Positions 55,101 to 55,639 of a DNA stretch of 55,639 nt are shown here, in pieces. The stretch spans positions 24,745,505 to 24,801,143 of the forward strand of contig NC_068999.1 in the NCBI RefSeq assembly GCF_001194135.2, read 5' to 3'. A model generated the notes under the pieces. It did not search any database. It had not been told where the DNA came from and worked only from the letters and a program-made list of their open reading frames with translations. The DNA comes from Octopus bimaculoides (lineage: Eukaryota). How positions within the stretch are numbered: position 1 is the stretch's first letter; each line of letters starts with the position of its first letter. Made by a program: the position numbers and the translations under genes.

Positions 55101-55639
55101 TATATATATGCAGTTACCATGGAGAAAAAATACTCTCTTATGGAAAAATGTGTAAAAACATCATATCTGTCCAGTACTGCCCCCTGTCAGATTCCCAGAC
55201 ATGTTTCTAGCTCTAGCTGTTATCAATGGGAAATACCAAAGTGAGGCAACTCTGGACAGACTTATTTAAAGCCATAACTTCAACAACATTGACTAAGTTG
55301 TACCAAATAGACAGCAGATATTGATATATATATATATATATATATATAATAGAGTTATTAATATTTCTAAGTCTCTCTAAAGGAGACTACGGCAGCGGTA
55401 CTGGAAATTAATAGTTATTGCCAAGCCAACATGGCAGTCCCAAAATTAGGACGAAAGCTGCCGTGAATTAGCTCCAAGAAGCCATCGCCTCTAGCTAGCT
55501 ATGTGACACACGAAACCTGTGTCCTTTATAACCTTCGACCAGGGGAGGTCAGCAGTGTCCCCCTGCTGGTTTGGCATCTGCAGACTAGACTAGTTTCAGG
55601 GTGTTGCCCCTTGTCAATGCAGAGTAGCCAAGCCTTAGC

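Overview
AT-rich, repeat-dense animal genomic DNA with six N gaps. The repeat content (RTE LINE tails ending in (CAT)n, tRNA-derived SINEs with internal (TA)n, many MITEs) suggests an octopus or other cephalopod; this is an inference. Two spliced genes lie head-to-head. (1) A complete 13-coding-exon TRAPPC14 (C7orf43/MAP11) orthologue on the minus strand, 38439->9356, 1881 nt, 626 aa, with all splice phases chaining without stops. (2) The first 7 coding exons (181 aa) of PCID2 on the plus strand, 42125->53424, continuing past the window. The rest is introns filled with RTE fragments, SINEs, hAT/Tc1-mariner/piggyBac/Mutator-type MITEs, palindromic elements and microsatellites. Most notable: a U12-type (minor spliceosome) PCID2 intron whose gap-free junction requires rare AT-AT termini; four Penelope-type minimal hammerhead ribozyme motifs in four different repeats, all antisense to their host genes, while the one sense-oriented copy has a destroyed core; and an 87-codon coding-like frame in the TRAPPC14 leader that could get its ATG from an exonised hAT MITE. 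Homology calls are by eye from recalled human protein sequences; no searches were run.
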